A DNA stretch of 64,000 nucleotides from Phycisphaerae bacterium. Its GTDB lineage: Bacteria > Planctomycetota > Phycisphaerae > UBA1845. The stretch is taken from NCBI GenBank assembly GCA_963666835.2, contig CAXXGO010000001.1, positions 1,568,001 to 1,632,000 of the forward strand, read 5' to 3'. A model generated the notes under the pieces. It made no database searches. It saw only the letters and a list, made by a program, of their open reading frames with translations, and was not told where the DNA came from. A program made the translations under genes and the position numbers. Shown one piece after another: positions 17,903 to 28,900 of this stretch (its first letter is position 1; each line of letters opens with the position of its first letter).

Positions 17903-18556
17903 CTACGCGGACGCACCGGAAGAGGAACCGGCTATTGCTGCGCGCAGACGTGCGACCATTGCCGGTGGCGGTGGGGCTGTTGCCAAGTCGGCCAGCCACG
18001 TGAAACGCGGGCGAAGCGTGGGATACTCGCGTACGAGCCGGTCGGCCTCGGTTGCCGCCAGGCTGGTCGGCGCATTGATGAGCAAGTCCGAGACGAGCGG
18101 CAGAACGGTCTCGGTACTCGGCTTCATTTCCTTTGGCGGGGGGCGGACGATCAAAATGACGGCAACGGGTCGCAGCAGCCGCACAGCGCTGGAACTCTCG
18201 ACGATGATCGGTGTGTCTATGGGGAAGAGGTCGAGGGCGTGTTGCAGCCCAGGGTCGAGTCCGGCACCCTCGTGCCGGAGGATCTCGACCTGTTTCGCCC
18301 CGGCTTGCAGGTATTGCTCCGTATCCATGCCCACCCGGTCGAGATCGGCGGAATCCTCCATGAAGTACCGCCCGGCGCCGGCTTGATCTGCAGGCGTTCT
18401 TGCGTCGTGGCGTCTGTGAAGAGGGCGGACCTTCAGGCATCCCAGACCTCCCCCGAGGCAGCGGAGCAGCCGCGTCACGAAGACGGTCTTTCCAGAACCG
18501 GAGTGCGGTCCGATGACCGAGAGAATCGTTCTGCTCGTCGCGGCAGATCCGCCCAT
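17903..18556 (-). CDS. MobB-like P-loop protein
   Basis: ILSVIGPHSGSGKTVFVTRLL, DTEQYLQAGA, IIVES; immediately downstream of fdhD. Confidence 0.6.
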   Translation of the reverse strand: MGGSAATSRTILSVIGPHSGSGKTVFVTRLLRCLGGGLGCLKVRPLHRRHDARTPADQAGAGRYFMEDSADLDRVGMDTEQYLQAGAKQVEILRHEGAGLDPGLQHALDLFPIDTPIIVESSSAVRLLRPVAVILIVRPPPKEMKPSTETVLPLVSDLLINAPTSLAATEADRLVREYPTLRPRFTWLADLATAPPPPAMVARLRAAIAGSSSGASA

Positions 18557-18557
18557 C

Positions 18558-19406
18558 TCAGTCCACCACCCGCTGGTATCCGGTATAGATATTCATCCGG
18601 CGACCACGAAGGAAGCCGACCACGGTGAGCCCGAAACGGCGAGCCCACTCCACCCCCATCGCAGTCGGCGCGGACGACGACGCGAGGATGGGGACGCCGT
18701 GGGCAACGGCCTTGCCGATGATCTCGGCCGAGACCCGACCGCTGGTGAGCGCGATCTTGTCTGACAGATCCAGCTTGCGTTGCACGGCCATTCCGGCCAC
18801 TTTATCGAAGGCGTTGTGGCGGCCGACATCTTCAGCGGTAAAAAGGAGACTTTCGGTGTCGGCAATGCCGCAGGCGTGTACCCCGCCGGTCAGGCGGTAA
18901 AGGGAGCTGGCGCGGCCGAACTCTCGCCCCCGAGCGGCAAGTTGCTCCGCAGAGATTGTGACGGGGTTGTCCAAAGGGCGGCAATCAGCCAGGCGGGACG
19001 GGTCACGGCCGGTCCCGCCGCCGCCGCATCCTGTTCCAAACGTCCACCTCCGATGGATTGCCTCCATGGCGTCATCGTCGAACAGCCCGGTGCATCTGAC
19101 TTGCCCGCTCTCGGTGTCGAAGCACACTTCCGGCATCTCCCGGCGGTCTCGGCACAGGCCCTCGGATATCAGGAATCCCAGAGCCAACGCCTCGACATCG
19201 CGCGGAAGCGCCAGCATAGCGAGAATAGGTGTATCGTTGACGACCAGCTCGATTCTGCGCTCCCGAATAAGCCGGTCGTTTACGGCCGTGCATTCTCCGG
19301 AGGGTGAATACCGGCGAATCGGCCATGCGATCATCTGATCTGCGTCGGCGGCATCGTTTGGTGGCGGTCCATCCACGTTTTCTTCGAGATGCTCGTTCTC
19401 TGTCAT
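18558..19406 (-). CDS. fdhD: Formate dehydrogenase accessory sulfurtransferase FdhD
   Basis: LALGFLISEG, TGCG, TGGVHAC, EDVGRHNAFDKVAG, SGRVSAEI, SAPT, LTVVGFLRG. Confidence 0.95.
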   Translation of the reverse strand: MTENEHLEENVDGPPPNDAADADQMIAWPIRRYSPSGECTAVNDRLIRERRIELVVNDTPILAMLALPRDVEALALGFLISEGLCRDRREMPEVCFDTESGQVRCTGLFDDDAMEAIHRRWTFGTGCGGGGTGRDPSRLADCRPLDNPVTISAEQLAARGREFGRASSLYRLTGGVHACGIADTESLLFTAEDVGRHNAFDKVAGMAVQRKLDLSDKIALTSGRVSAEIIGKAVAHGVPILASSSAPTAMGVEWARRFGLTVVGFLRGRRMNIYTGYQRVVD

Positions 19407-19718
19407 GTTGCCTCGGGTGGCTCGGTGTTCCAGCGTCAGCTTTCAACGGATTCAGCAGCCTGCGTGCGATGGCTGAGCGAAAGTCAGCATAGGGGGATAG
19501 CCGAGATCGTTCAACGCGGCTTGCACAAGGAAGCGGATCGTCGGCACGGGCTCGCGTGCGGCGGGAAGCGCGGGGCGGTTTCCGGTGGGACCGGCAAAGG
19601 ACGTCGTTGAGTGACGTTACGACAACCGGTGTCATTCGCCGAACACAAGGTGCGCTCCGCACGGAAAGCGTGCGAAACAAGTCTGCATTTGACGTGCGGC
19701 CCGGCGGGCGCGCGGCGT

Positions 19719-19742
19719 GGTTATGTTCAGGGAAGCATAACG
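19719..19742. promoter_or_regulatory. Putative ModE-family operator in the fdhD/fdhA divergent region
   Basis: GGTTAT-GTTCAGGGAAGC-ATAACG; perfect GTTATG-N10-CATAAC palindrome. Confidence 0.72.
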
Positions 19743-20094
19743 CAAGCCCTTGATCCAAACGAACTTACGTAGTGCCACGGTTGACGCTGGTAGATGCGGT
19801 GTCTAAGCTGAGCGTGAGCTGGCGAGGTCAGGTTGGTGAAGTAAACGTGGCGTCGAGGATCTCGTCGCAGTGCCGGGTTTCGTGCCGGCGTGTTCTCTTT
19901 CGATTCGGTGGTGCCTGCTCCCCATCGGCGCGGCGTCGTTTTGGCGTGGTGCGGCTGCTGTCAGGGGGCGGCCGGCGACCTTTGGAGATACAGCCTGAAA
20001 TGGTGCCGTGCAGTTGGCACCTTTAATCTAGTTTACGGATTTTGTATCGGCCAATGAGACGTATCCAACGTTTTCGTAGGTATAGGAGATACCG

Positions 20095-23000
20095 ATGCTA
20101 TTGACACGCAGAGAATTCCTTAAGACTTCTGCGGTTACCGCCGGGGTCGCCGTCACCGGGATGGGCTTTGCGCTCAGTCCGGTGAAAGCGCACGCGGCGG
20201 AACTCCGCAAGAATCTCGAGGAGGCTACGCAAACGACGACTATATGCCCGTATTGCGGTTGCGGGTGTGGGTTTGTCGTGCACGCCTCGGGCGGCAAGGT
20301 CATCAACATCGAGGGCGATTCCGAGCACCCCATCAATCAGGGTACGGCATGCTCGAAGGGGTCCGCGTTGTTCCAGATGGCCGGTGGAAACAACGAGAAC
20401 CGTTTGCAGACGGTGCGCTACCGTGCACCGAATGCAACCGAGTGGGAGGAAGTGAGTTGGGAGTGGGCGGTGGAGCGTATCGCACAGCGGGTCAAGGAAA
20501 CTCGCGACGCGACGTTCGAGACGGTCAACGCTGCCGGCAATACGGTCAACCGCACGCTGGCGATCGGTTCGTTGGGTAGTGCCGCTCTCGATAACGAGGA
20601 GTGCTGGCTCTATCAGAAGATGTTGCGTGCCCTCGGCCTGGTGTACATCGAACACCAGGCGCGGAACTGACACTCTGCCACAGTCTCCAGTTTGGCGACT
20701 TCGTTCGGCAGAGGGGCCATGACTAACCACTGGATCGACATCGGCAACAGCGATGTCATCCTGATCATGGGATCCAACGCAGCAGAGAACCATCCGATCT
20801 CGATGCGTTGGGTGAACAAGGCTCGCGAGAGCGGGGCCAAGATGATCCACGTCGACCCCCGGTTCACCAGAACTTCGGCGGTTGCGGACATCTATGCATC
20901 GCTTAGAAGCGGGTCCGACATTGCGTTCTTGGGTGGGATGATCAATTACATCCTTGAGAACGGGTATATTCACGAGGAGTACGTCAAGGAATATACGAAC
21001 GCCAGTTTCCTGATTAATGAGGATTTCGCGTTTAACGACGGGTTGTTCAGCGGCCACGACGGCGATAGGACCTACGATACGACGACGTGGGCTTTCCAGA
21101 CGGACGCCGACGGGGTTATTGTCAAGGACAAGACCCTTGAGGATCCCAACTGCGTTTACCAGTTCCTCAAGACGCATTATTCTCGCTACGACCTGGAGAC
21201 CGTATCAGGCATCACCGGTACTCCCGAGGACAAGCTTCAAGAGGTCTACGAGGCCTACGTTGGCGCGTGCTACGAACCGGGTAAAGCCGGAACGATCATG
21301 TACGCGATGGGCTGGACCCAGCACACGGTCGGTGCTCAGAACATCCGGGCAATGTCGATCGCCCAGTTGTTGTTGGGCAACATCGGCGTGTCGGGCGGCG
21401 GAGTCAACGCTTTGCGCGGTGAGTCCAATGTGCAGGGCTCCACGGACCAATGTCTGCTGTACCATATTCTGCCGGGTTACCTCAAGAGTCCGCAGGACAA
21501 CTGGACGGATCTGGACACATATAACGAGTCGGCGCGGGCGCTTACGACGCTCGAACCGCGCAGCGCCAACTGGTGGAGTCATACGCCGGAGTATATAGCC
21601 AGCTTCCTAAAGGCCATGTACGGCACCGAGGCTACGGCGGACAACGACTTCGCGTATAGTTGGCTGCCGAAGCGCGATGCCGGGGTCAATTATGCGTGGC
21701 AGCCGATGTTCGATGCCATGTACAAGCAGGAGGAGGGGAAGGAGATTAAGGGCTTCTTCGCCTGGGGGCAGAACCCCGCCTGCAGCAGCGGTAACGTCAA
21801 CAAGATCCGGGCCGCCTTGGCCAAGCTGGACTGGTTGGTGTGCGTCAACATCTACAGCACCGAAACCTCGGAGTTCTGGCGCGGGCCTGACATGGACCCG
21901 GAGAACATCGCTACTGAGGTGTTCGAGCTGCCCGCAGCCGCGTCGTTCGAGAAGGAAGGCAGCGTCACCAACTCGGGCCGGTGGGCTCAGTGGCGCTATG
22001 CGGCGATTGACCCTCCGGGCGATGCGAAGCCGGACGCGGAGATTATGAACGATCTGTGGATCGCCATCACCGGGCTCTACGAGGCGGACGGTGAATTCCC
22101 CGATCCGATTCTCGGCTGCAAGTGGGATTACTTTGACGGGCCGGACATCCCAACCGTCATGCTTGCCAAGGAAATCAACGGGTACAACCTTGACGCGGAC
22201 GGCAATCCCACCGGACTGGTTGACAAGTTCACCTTGCTGGCGAGTGACGGGACGACGTCTTCGGGTAACTGGCTCTACTGCCAGTCGTACAACGAAGACG
22301 GCAACAACATGGCTCGGCGCACTGTGGAGACCGAGGGTATCGGTTTGAACGCCGAGTGGGCGTGGTGCTGGCCGATCAATCGCCGGATCATCTACAACCG
22401 CGCCAGCGTCGATTTGCTGGGGCAGCCGTACGATGAGGATCACCCGGTCATTACCTGGAACGGAACCGGCTGGGACGGTGATGTTCCGGACGGTGGTTGG
22501 GCTCCGATGAACAACGAGGACGGGACGGAGAATCCGGATTCGAAGTTGCCCTTCATTATGCAGACCAACGGGGTAGCGCAGGTCTTCGGTAATATGACGG
22601 ATGGTCCGGTCCCCGAGCACTATGAACCGCTGGAGTCGCCGTTGACGGAAAACCCGATGACGGGCAACTCGCAGCGGTTGAATCCGGCAGTATACGTGCC
22701 TCCGGCCGACGAGATGAACGCGGTAGCCACGCCGGGAGGTACGGACTACCCGATCATCTGTTCGACGTACCGGGTGACCGAGCACTGGCAGAGCGGGGTG
22801 ATGACGCGGTGGATACCCTGGTTGAACGAGCTTCATCCGGACATGTTTGTCGAGATGTCGGAAGAGCTTGCTGAAGAGAAGAGCATCACCAACGGTGAAT
22901 GGGTCAAGGTGAGTAGTGCTCGCGGTGAGGTTCGGGCGGTGGCTGTCGTTACGAAGCGCTTCAAACCGTTCACTATCGAGGGCAATACGGTTCATCAAGT

Positions 23001-23151
23001 CGGAATACCGTGGTGTTACGGCTGGGTTGCACCGCTGATGGACAAGACTCGGGCGAGTAGCGCCAATCTATTGAGTCCGAACGTCGGCGATCCGAATACC
23101 CGAATTCCGGAAAGCAAGGCCTTTATGGTCAATATTGAGAAGGAGGCTTAG
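20095..23151 (+). CDS. fdnG: Selenocysteine-containing formate dehydrogenase alpha subunit (FdnG/FdhA type), Tat-exported, ~1018 aa
   Basis: The two tracked ORFs are in one frame joined by TGA 20668-20670 in EHQARN-U-HSATVSSLATSFGRGAMTNHW; TRREFLK Tat motif; CPYCGCGC...C Fe-S motif. Confidence 0.96.
20671..20714 (+). promoter_or_regulatory. Bacterial SECIS element
   Basis: Directly after the UGA: CTCTGCC...AGTC-T-CCA-GTT-TGG-C-GACT...GGCAGAG stem-loop. Confidence 0.8.
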
Positions 23152-23154
23152 ACC

Positions 23155-23826
23155 ATGGCAGTCAACGGAAAAGCATTCTTGATCGACACGACCAAGTGTA
23201 CTGCTTGCCGGGCCTGCCAGGTGGCCTGCAAGCAGTGGAACGAGTTGGCGGCGGAGACGACCGAGAACCGCGGCGGCTACGAAAACCCGCCGGATTTCAC
23301 GGCTAACACGTGGCTGCGTGTGCAATTCAAAGAGACCGAGCGTTCGGATGGTTCACTGGCGTGGACGTTCGTTCGGAGCTCGTGCCGGCATTGCATCGAT
23401 GCTCCGTGTAAGCAGGAAGCTGCCAATAGCGATTCGATCACTATTGATAGTGACACCGGAGCGGTGCTCTTCGGCGAGGGTACGAAGGACGAATCCTACG
23501 CGGCAATCCGAACGGCGTGCCCGTTCGACATTCCGCGGCAGGATTCCGAAGGGCAGCTCTTCAAGTGTCGGATGTGCGTGGATCGGGTGGACAACGAGGA
23601 TCTGGAGGCAGCCGCTGACAGAATCCCGGCCTGTGCCAAGGTCTGTACGACCGGGGCAATCACGTTTGGCGATTACGCGGACATAACCGCGGCGGCGGAC
23701 GCCCGGCTGGCTGAAGTCATTGCCGAGGGGTTCACCAACGCCACGATTCTGGATCGAAATGACGTGCGGCTGCTTATCTTGTTGGCCGAGCCGGCCGGCA
23801 TGTATTCGCTGACTACGCGTGGATGA
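23155..23826 (+). CDS. Formate dehydrogenase iron-sulfur (beta) subunit, soluble three-cluster type
   Basis: CTACRACQVACKQWN, CRHC..APC, ACPF, KCRMC..PACAKVC; one Cys group incomplete; no TM anchor. Confidence 0.92.
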   Translation: MAVNGKAFLIDTTKCTACRACQVACKQWNELAAETTENRGGYENPPDFTANTWLRVQFKETERSDGSLAWTFVRSSCRHCIDAPCKQEAANSDSITIDSDTGAVLFGEGTKDESYAAIRTACPFDIPRQDSEGQLFKCRMCVDRVDNEDLEAAADRIPACAKVCTTGAITFGDYADITAAADARLAEVIAEGFTNATILDRNDVRLLILLAEPAGMYSLTTRG

Positions 23827-24755
23827 TGTACGGGATGAGTAAGTCTGCATCATTAGGTATGAAAGACCGCCCGTCGGTAGAGACGCTTGAGCGCCGGGCC
23901 AAGGCTATACTCAAAGCCCGCCCCGCCTACAAGGAAATGGTCGATTTCTATTTGACCGTTTTCCGTAAGCAGTTGGAGTGGCGGGACCGGCTGACGGTTC
24001 GGCCCGAGGCGGTAACCCCGGAGCAGGTACGAGACTGCCTGTCCGGTGGGGCGCCCCTGGCCGAGAGTTACGATCCGGGGATCGCGAAGGAGTCTCTCGT
24101 CGAGTTCTGGCGGGAGATGAAGTCCGTATTCGGTCGCGGGAACGAGACTCTGCAGGCGGCGGTCACGCAGATCGACGGTGCTGAGCAAGCCGGCGAGTTC
24201 AAACCGGGGGCTTGGTTGTTGCGACAGCGCCCGGATTGTCCGGAGCTTCTTTCGGACACCGCGCGCGAGCTCGGCGTTGCTGAGCCCATCTTGGCCTCGT
24301 TGACCAGGGCGGTGGTCTTTCCGCACTGGCAGGTTGTGGCCGAGAGCTGGCTTCCGGACGATCGCCTTGATTACTGGCGGAAGTTCCGGTGTCCGGTCTG
24401 TGGAGGCGCTCCGGAGTTGGCGGAGACCTGCACGGAGGCCAGCACTTCCGAATGTGTTTCCGCGGCGGTTCGGCGTTTGATGCACTGCGCGTTCTGCAGT
24501 GCCCGTTGGGCGGTTCCGGTGCTGGAGTGTCCCTCCTGCGGGTCTACGCAATCAGGTGATGCCAAGTATCTGTTTACGTCTGACGAGCCGGAGTTGCGGA
24601 TAGATTTTTGTAAGAGTTGCAGCCACTACGTTAAGGTGGTTGACGGTGACAAGGTTGGTGGGCGGATCTACGTGGGGCTCGAGCTGCTGGCCGCGGCTCA
24701 TCTCGATATGATTGCCCAGGAGAAGAACCTTTCGCCGCTGCAAGTGTGTGCGTGA
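23823..24755 (+). CDS. fdhE: Formate dehydrogenase maturation protein FdhE
   Basis: CPVCG, CAFC..RW, CPSCG, CKSCSHYVK, HLDMIAQE motifs. Confidence 0.9.
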   Translation: MMYGMSKSASLGMKDRPSVETLERRAKAILKARPAYKEMVDFYLTVFRKQLEWRDRLTVRPEAVTPEQVRDCLSGGAPLAESYDPGIAKESLVEFWREMKSVFGRGNETLQAAVTQIDGAEQAGEFKPGAWLLRQRPDCPELLSDTARELGVAEPILASLTRAVVFPHWQVVAESWLPDDRLDYWRKFRCPVCGGAPELAETCTEASTSECVSAAVRRLMHCAFCSARWAVPVLECPSCGSTQSGDAKYLFTSDEPELRIDFCKSCSHYVKVVDGDKVGGRIYVGLELLAAAHLDMIAQEKNLSPLQVCA

Positions 24756-24793
24756 TGTTTCGTAAGTGTATTGAGGAATAAGGGGCTACAACG

Positions 24794-25381
24794 ATGAAGA
24801 TTACCGCTCCTAGATATGGAAGCACGGTAGTTTCGTTAGCCATAAGCGTGTTTCTGGTGGGCTTCGTCTTCCTGGGCGTGGGTTGTCCGCCGGTGACGCC
24901 AATGCCGGAATGTACGGCGGACGCCGACTGCGATGACGGGCTCTTCTGCAACGGTGCGGAAACCTGTGTCGCCGAGGCGTGCGTGGCCGGAACGGACCCG
25001 TGTGACGGCGGTGAGTGCGACGAGGAGAACGACCAGTGTGTCGCGGCCGGATGCACGTCCGATGCGGATTGCGCTGATGGCGAGTTCTGTGATCTTGTTT
25101 CCGGTGAGTGTGCGACGAACGAGAACCTCTACGAGGAAGCTGCGTTCGATCACGACCTGCACCGGACCACAATGAGCATTGCCTGCGATTCGTGCCATCA
25201 CGATGGCGCCGGGTTCGTGACCTGTGATACGTGTCACGATCGGGACGAGGTTGTCGGCGGAATCGTGGTGCTGAAGGATGCCATGCACAACGCAGATAGC
25301 GGGTGCCGGGCATGCCACGACGACGAAACGGCGGACGGGCTCTGGGACTGTTCGAAGTGCCACACGGGGCTTAGCGACTGA
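24794..25381 (+). CDS. Tetraheme cytochrome c3-like lipoprotein with Cys-rich linker
   Basis: Lipobox GVGC; FDHDLH plus CDSCHH, CDTCH, AMH..CRACH, CSKCH. Confidence 0.88.
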   Translation: MKITAPRYGSTVVSLAISVFLVGFVFLGVGCPPVTPMPECTADADCDDGLFCNGAETCVAEACVAGTDPCDGGECDEENDQCVAAGCTSDADCADGEFCDLVSGECATNENLYEEAAFDHDLHRTTMSIACDSCHHDGAGFVTCDTCHDRDEVVGGIVVLKDAMHNADSGCRACHDDETADGLWDCSKCHTGLSD

Positions 25382-25457
25382 TCTACGCCGAAGCCTCAAG
25401 GCCAAGTGGGCACATGCCGTGCCCGGGTTTGTGTTGTTAGCTGATTGAGATCACCCT

Positions 25458-25492
25458 GGGGGTGTCGGCCGTTGGTCGGCACCCCCTTACTT
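25458..25492 (+). terminator. Probable terminator of the fdh operon
   Basis: GGGGGTGTCGGCC-GTT-GGTCGGCACCCCC followed by TTACTTT. Confidence 0.6.
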
Positions 25493-25987
25493 TGCGCGCG
25501 GACATTGCGGGTCTGCCGGGGTGGGGCAGAAGCACTGCAAGCACTGGGGCAGCCGGTTTCAGGTGGCCAAGGCAAGCTGGCGGTTGGCGAGGATAACCGT
25601 GGAGTTCGTGCAGCACCACGTTCCGGTTTCGGCCAGCCCATGTCTCCGATATCCACACAGGGCCGTAGGTGACTGACATGTGTCATTTCTTATAGGACGA
25701 CGATATCGGACCAGGGATGTCCCTGTGGTTGTGGGAGACGGGATATCGTCATGGCGGTGATCCGGGCCGCCGATCAAGCAGGAGGATACGTTCGTTGGAT
25801 TGGGCGTTAGTGTGGAGACGGTGTGCGGGGGCGCGAGCGCAACCGGTGCTGCCTTCTCCTTGAGCCGCTTCGCGACGCGGACCGGGTGAAAAACGGTTGC
25901 GGGAGCGGATAGGCTGACGTGTGGGAACACTGAGCGTCGGGCGCGCCGGAGCCGGATGGGTGATTGCGTAAGCGGAGCATCCTAAAG

Positions 25988-28900
25988 ATGATCAACAGCC
26001 GCCTACTCGTTGTCGTGGGGATTGTGTTTCTCTTGGTACTCGGCGCTGGAATCGGCTCCGCCCGCCGGATCCAGCAGTCCGGCCTCGAGGAGGATCTCCG
26101 GCTCCGGGCCGCGGGTTTTGAACGACATTTCAATAAGCTCGTTTCCACCGAGGCGGAGGTGATGTCCGGCAGGGTCGGACCGCTTCCGGATGACGGGAGC
26201 CTCCCGGGCGTTTGGATAGCCCGCGAGCCGGCTGCCGTGCTGAGACACGTCGCTCCGAAGCTGGCCGCGATCCGGCGGGATTGGGATGTCGAGTTCGTGC
26301 TCGCAATCGAGAAGCAGCACACAAGCCCGGGCGACTGGGACAAGCACACTGGGGTTCCCGAACGGAATGGGTATCCAGCCCAGTTCAGCGAGTTCGTGGT
26401 CATTGAACACTCGCTCCCGCAAGTGCCCCCGGGCCTGGAACGCCGGTTGGCCGTGACGCAACAAGAGACGGGGCGGGCTGTGTTTGATATCGATGCCGGT
26501 GCGCGGTCGTACGTCGGGCAGGGACTGCCCGTTGTTGACGCGGAGGGTGATCGGATCGGCAGTGTTCTGGTCCTCAGCGACGTTACTTCCCAACGATCCG
26601 CGATGTGGGTCTGGAGTGTCGGGTTCGGTCTCACGGCCGGGTTGGTGATGTGCGCGGGACTTCTGCTGTCTGGCGTATTGGGGCAGCGCGGGCAACTCCG
26701 GCCTGCTGCCGCGCAGGACGCCGCGGGCTCGATCGAACAGGAAAGGGAGCCCGGCGGTATCGCTGGAGGATTCGGTAGCGGTCCCGCTGAGGGCGATTCG
26801 ACAACGGATGCGTTACGCAGATCGGAACAAGTGATCGCGGCCGCATTCCGGGCGAGTCCGATGGCAATCGGAGTAAGTGCGCTTGAGGACGGGCGTTTCA
26901 TCGAGGTGAACGATAGCTTCATTCGCGCTGCCGGTTACGACCGTGGCTCGATTATCGGGCACACGCTCGTGGAACTCGGTATCTGGGCGGATGAAGGCGA
27001 GCGCAAGCAGTTTGTGCGCGAGCTTGCACATGAGGGGCTTGTGCGCGATCGGGAGTTCAAATTTCAGTCCGGTACGGGCGAGCGTCTTACGATGCAGGTA
27101 TCGGCAGAGCTGATTGAACTTGACGGTCGGCAGTACATTCTGACTACCGCGATAGATGTTTCGGCGCGTAGCCGAGCGGAGGACGAACTTCGACGCAACC
27201 GAGAGTTACTGCAGAACGTCCTGGCTAATACCCCCGATTGCGTCTCGTGGAAGGACAGAGACTCGGTCTATCTCGGGTGTAATGAGAATTTCGCCAAAGT
27301 CGCCGGAATAGGCTCCCCGGCGGATATCGTCGGGAAGAGGGACCACGACTTACCGTGGACGACGGGAGAGGCGAGCTTCTTCATTGAGTGCGATCGCGCC
27401 GTCATGGACCATGGCCATCCCATGGTCAACATCGAGGAGACGCAGGTTCGATCTGACGGCACGGAAGCGGTCATTCTCACGAACAAAATCCCGCTCAGTG
27501 ACGCCACCGGTCAGGTCGTCGGCATTCTCGGAATCTACGCGGATATCACGGAACGCAAGCGGTCCGAGGAGGCTATCCGCGAGAGTGGCCGGCGGTTGTC
27601 GATGGCACTCAACGCAAGTAATGCGGCGGTCTGGGAGATGGACTGCGAGACGGGCGAATTCCTGACGGATGACTCGTCGACCAGGCTTCTGGGGTATCCG
27701 ATTGGAGAGCTGGGCCGGACTCTCGGGGAGTGGAGCAAGCTGCAGCACCCCGATGACGTGGACGACGTGGCGAGGGCCTACAACGCCTTCCTTAGTGGGA
27801 ATACGGAGAGCTACACGTGCGAGTACCGCATACGGGCGGCGGACGGCCAATGGAAATGGCTCCACACGCAAGGCAAGGCCGTCGAGTGGGATAATGAGTG
27901 CCGGCCGGTGCGGATGGTCGGGACAACCATGGATGTCACGTCGCGGCGGACGGCCGAGGAGACCGTACGAAGGCACAATGAGATTCTGGAGAAGACGGTT
28001 GCCGAGCGGACGGTGGAGTATGAGGCCGCTAAGGAGGCCGCCGAGGCCGCCAATCGCACCAAGAGCGAGTTCCTGGCAAACATGAGCCACGAGATTCGCA
28101 CCCCGATGACTGCGATTCTGGGCTACGCCGACATCCTCCTGCGTCATGGCCGCCGAGCGGGCGAGGCGTGCGAGGGACTCGACGCCGTTCGCACGATCAA
28201 GCGTAACGGAGAACACCTGCTCGGTCTGATCAATGATATCCTGGATCTGTCGAAAATCGAAGCGGGTAAGATGATTGTGGAGAGCATCCCGTACTCGCCC
28301 TGCAGGCTTATCGCGGAAGTTGCCTCGGCTGTGGCATTCCGCGCGGAAGAGAAGGGGCTCTCTTTCGACAACGAGTATATCGGAGAGGTGCCCGAGACGA
28401 TCCAAACCGACCCGATGCGCTTGCGACAGATCCTCATCAATCTCATTGCCAACGCCGTCAAGTTCACCGAAGTCGGCGGCGTGCGGCTTGTGACCCGCTA
28501 TATCGGCGATGCCGACGGCCCTCAAATGCAATTCGACGTTATTGACACCGGTATTGGCATGACCGAGGAGGAGTCACGGAGGTTATTCCGCCCCTTCACG
28601 CAGGCAGATGCGTCCACGACCCGACGGTTCGGCGGTACGGGCTTGGGGTTGACGATCAGCAAACGTTTCGCCAACGCGCTGGGAGGAGACGTTGAGGTCG
28701 TCGAGACCAACGAAGGGGTTGGGACGCGCTTCCGTGCAGTGGTAAGCGCAGGGTCGATGGGTCGGGTGAAGATGGTTTACGATCCCCTCGCGGCGACGGT
28801 TGTCGCTGCTTACGAAGCCAAAGAGGCGAGCGATACCAGTGACATCAATCTGCACGGGTGTAGTATCCTGCTGGCCGAAGACGCCCCGGTCAACCGGGAT

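Noticed and set aside
19407..20094. Moco/Wco, cobalamin or TPP riboswitch in the Mo/W island leaders
   Set aside because: No matching conserved cores seen here or upstream of the ECF operon; an Rfam scan would be needed to exclude them fully.
20668..20670. FDH alpha as a split pseudogene
   Set aside because: The TGA sits at the Sec position with a SECIS, so it is recoding.
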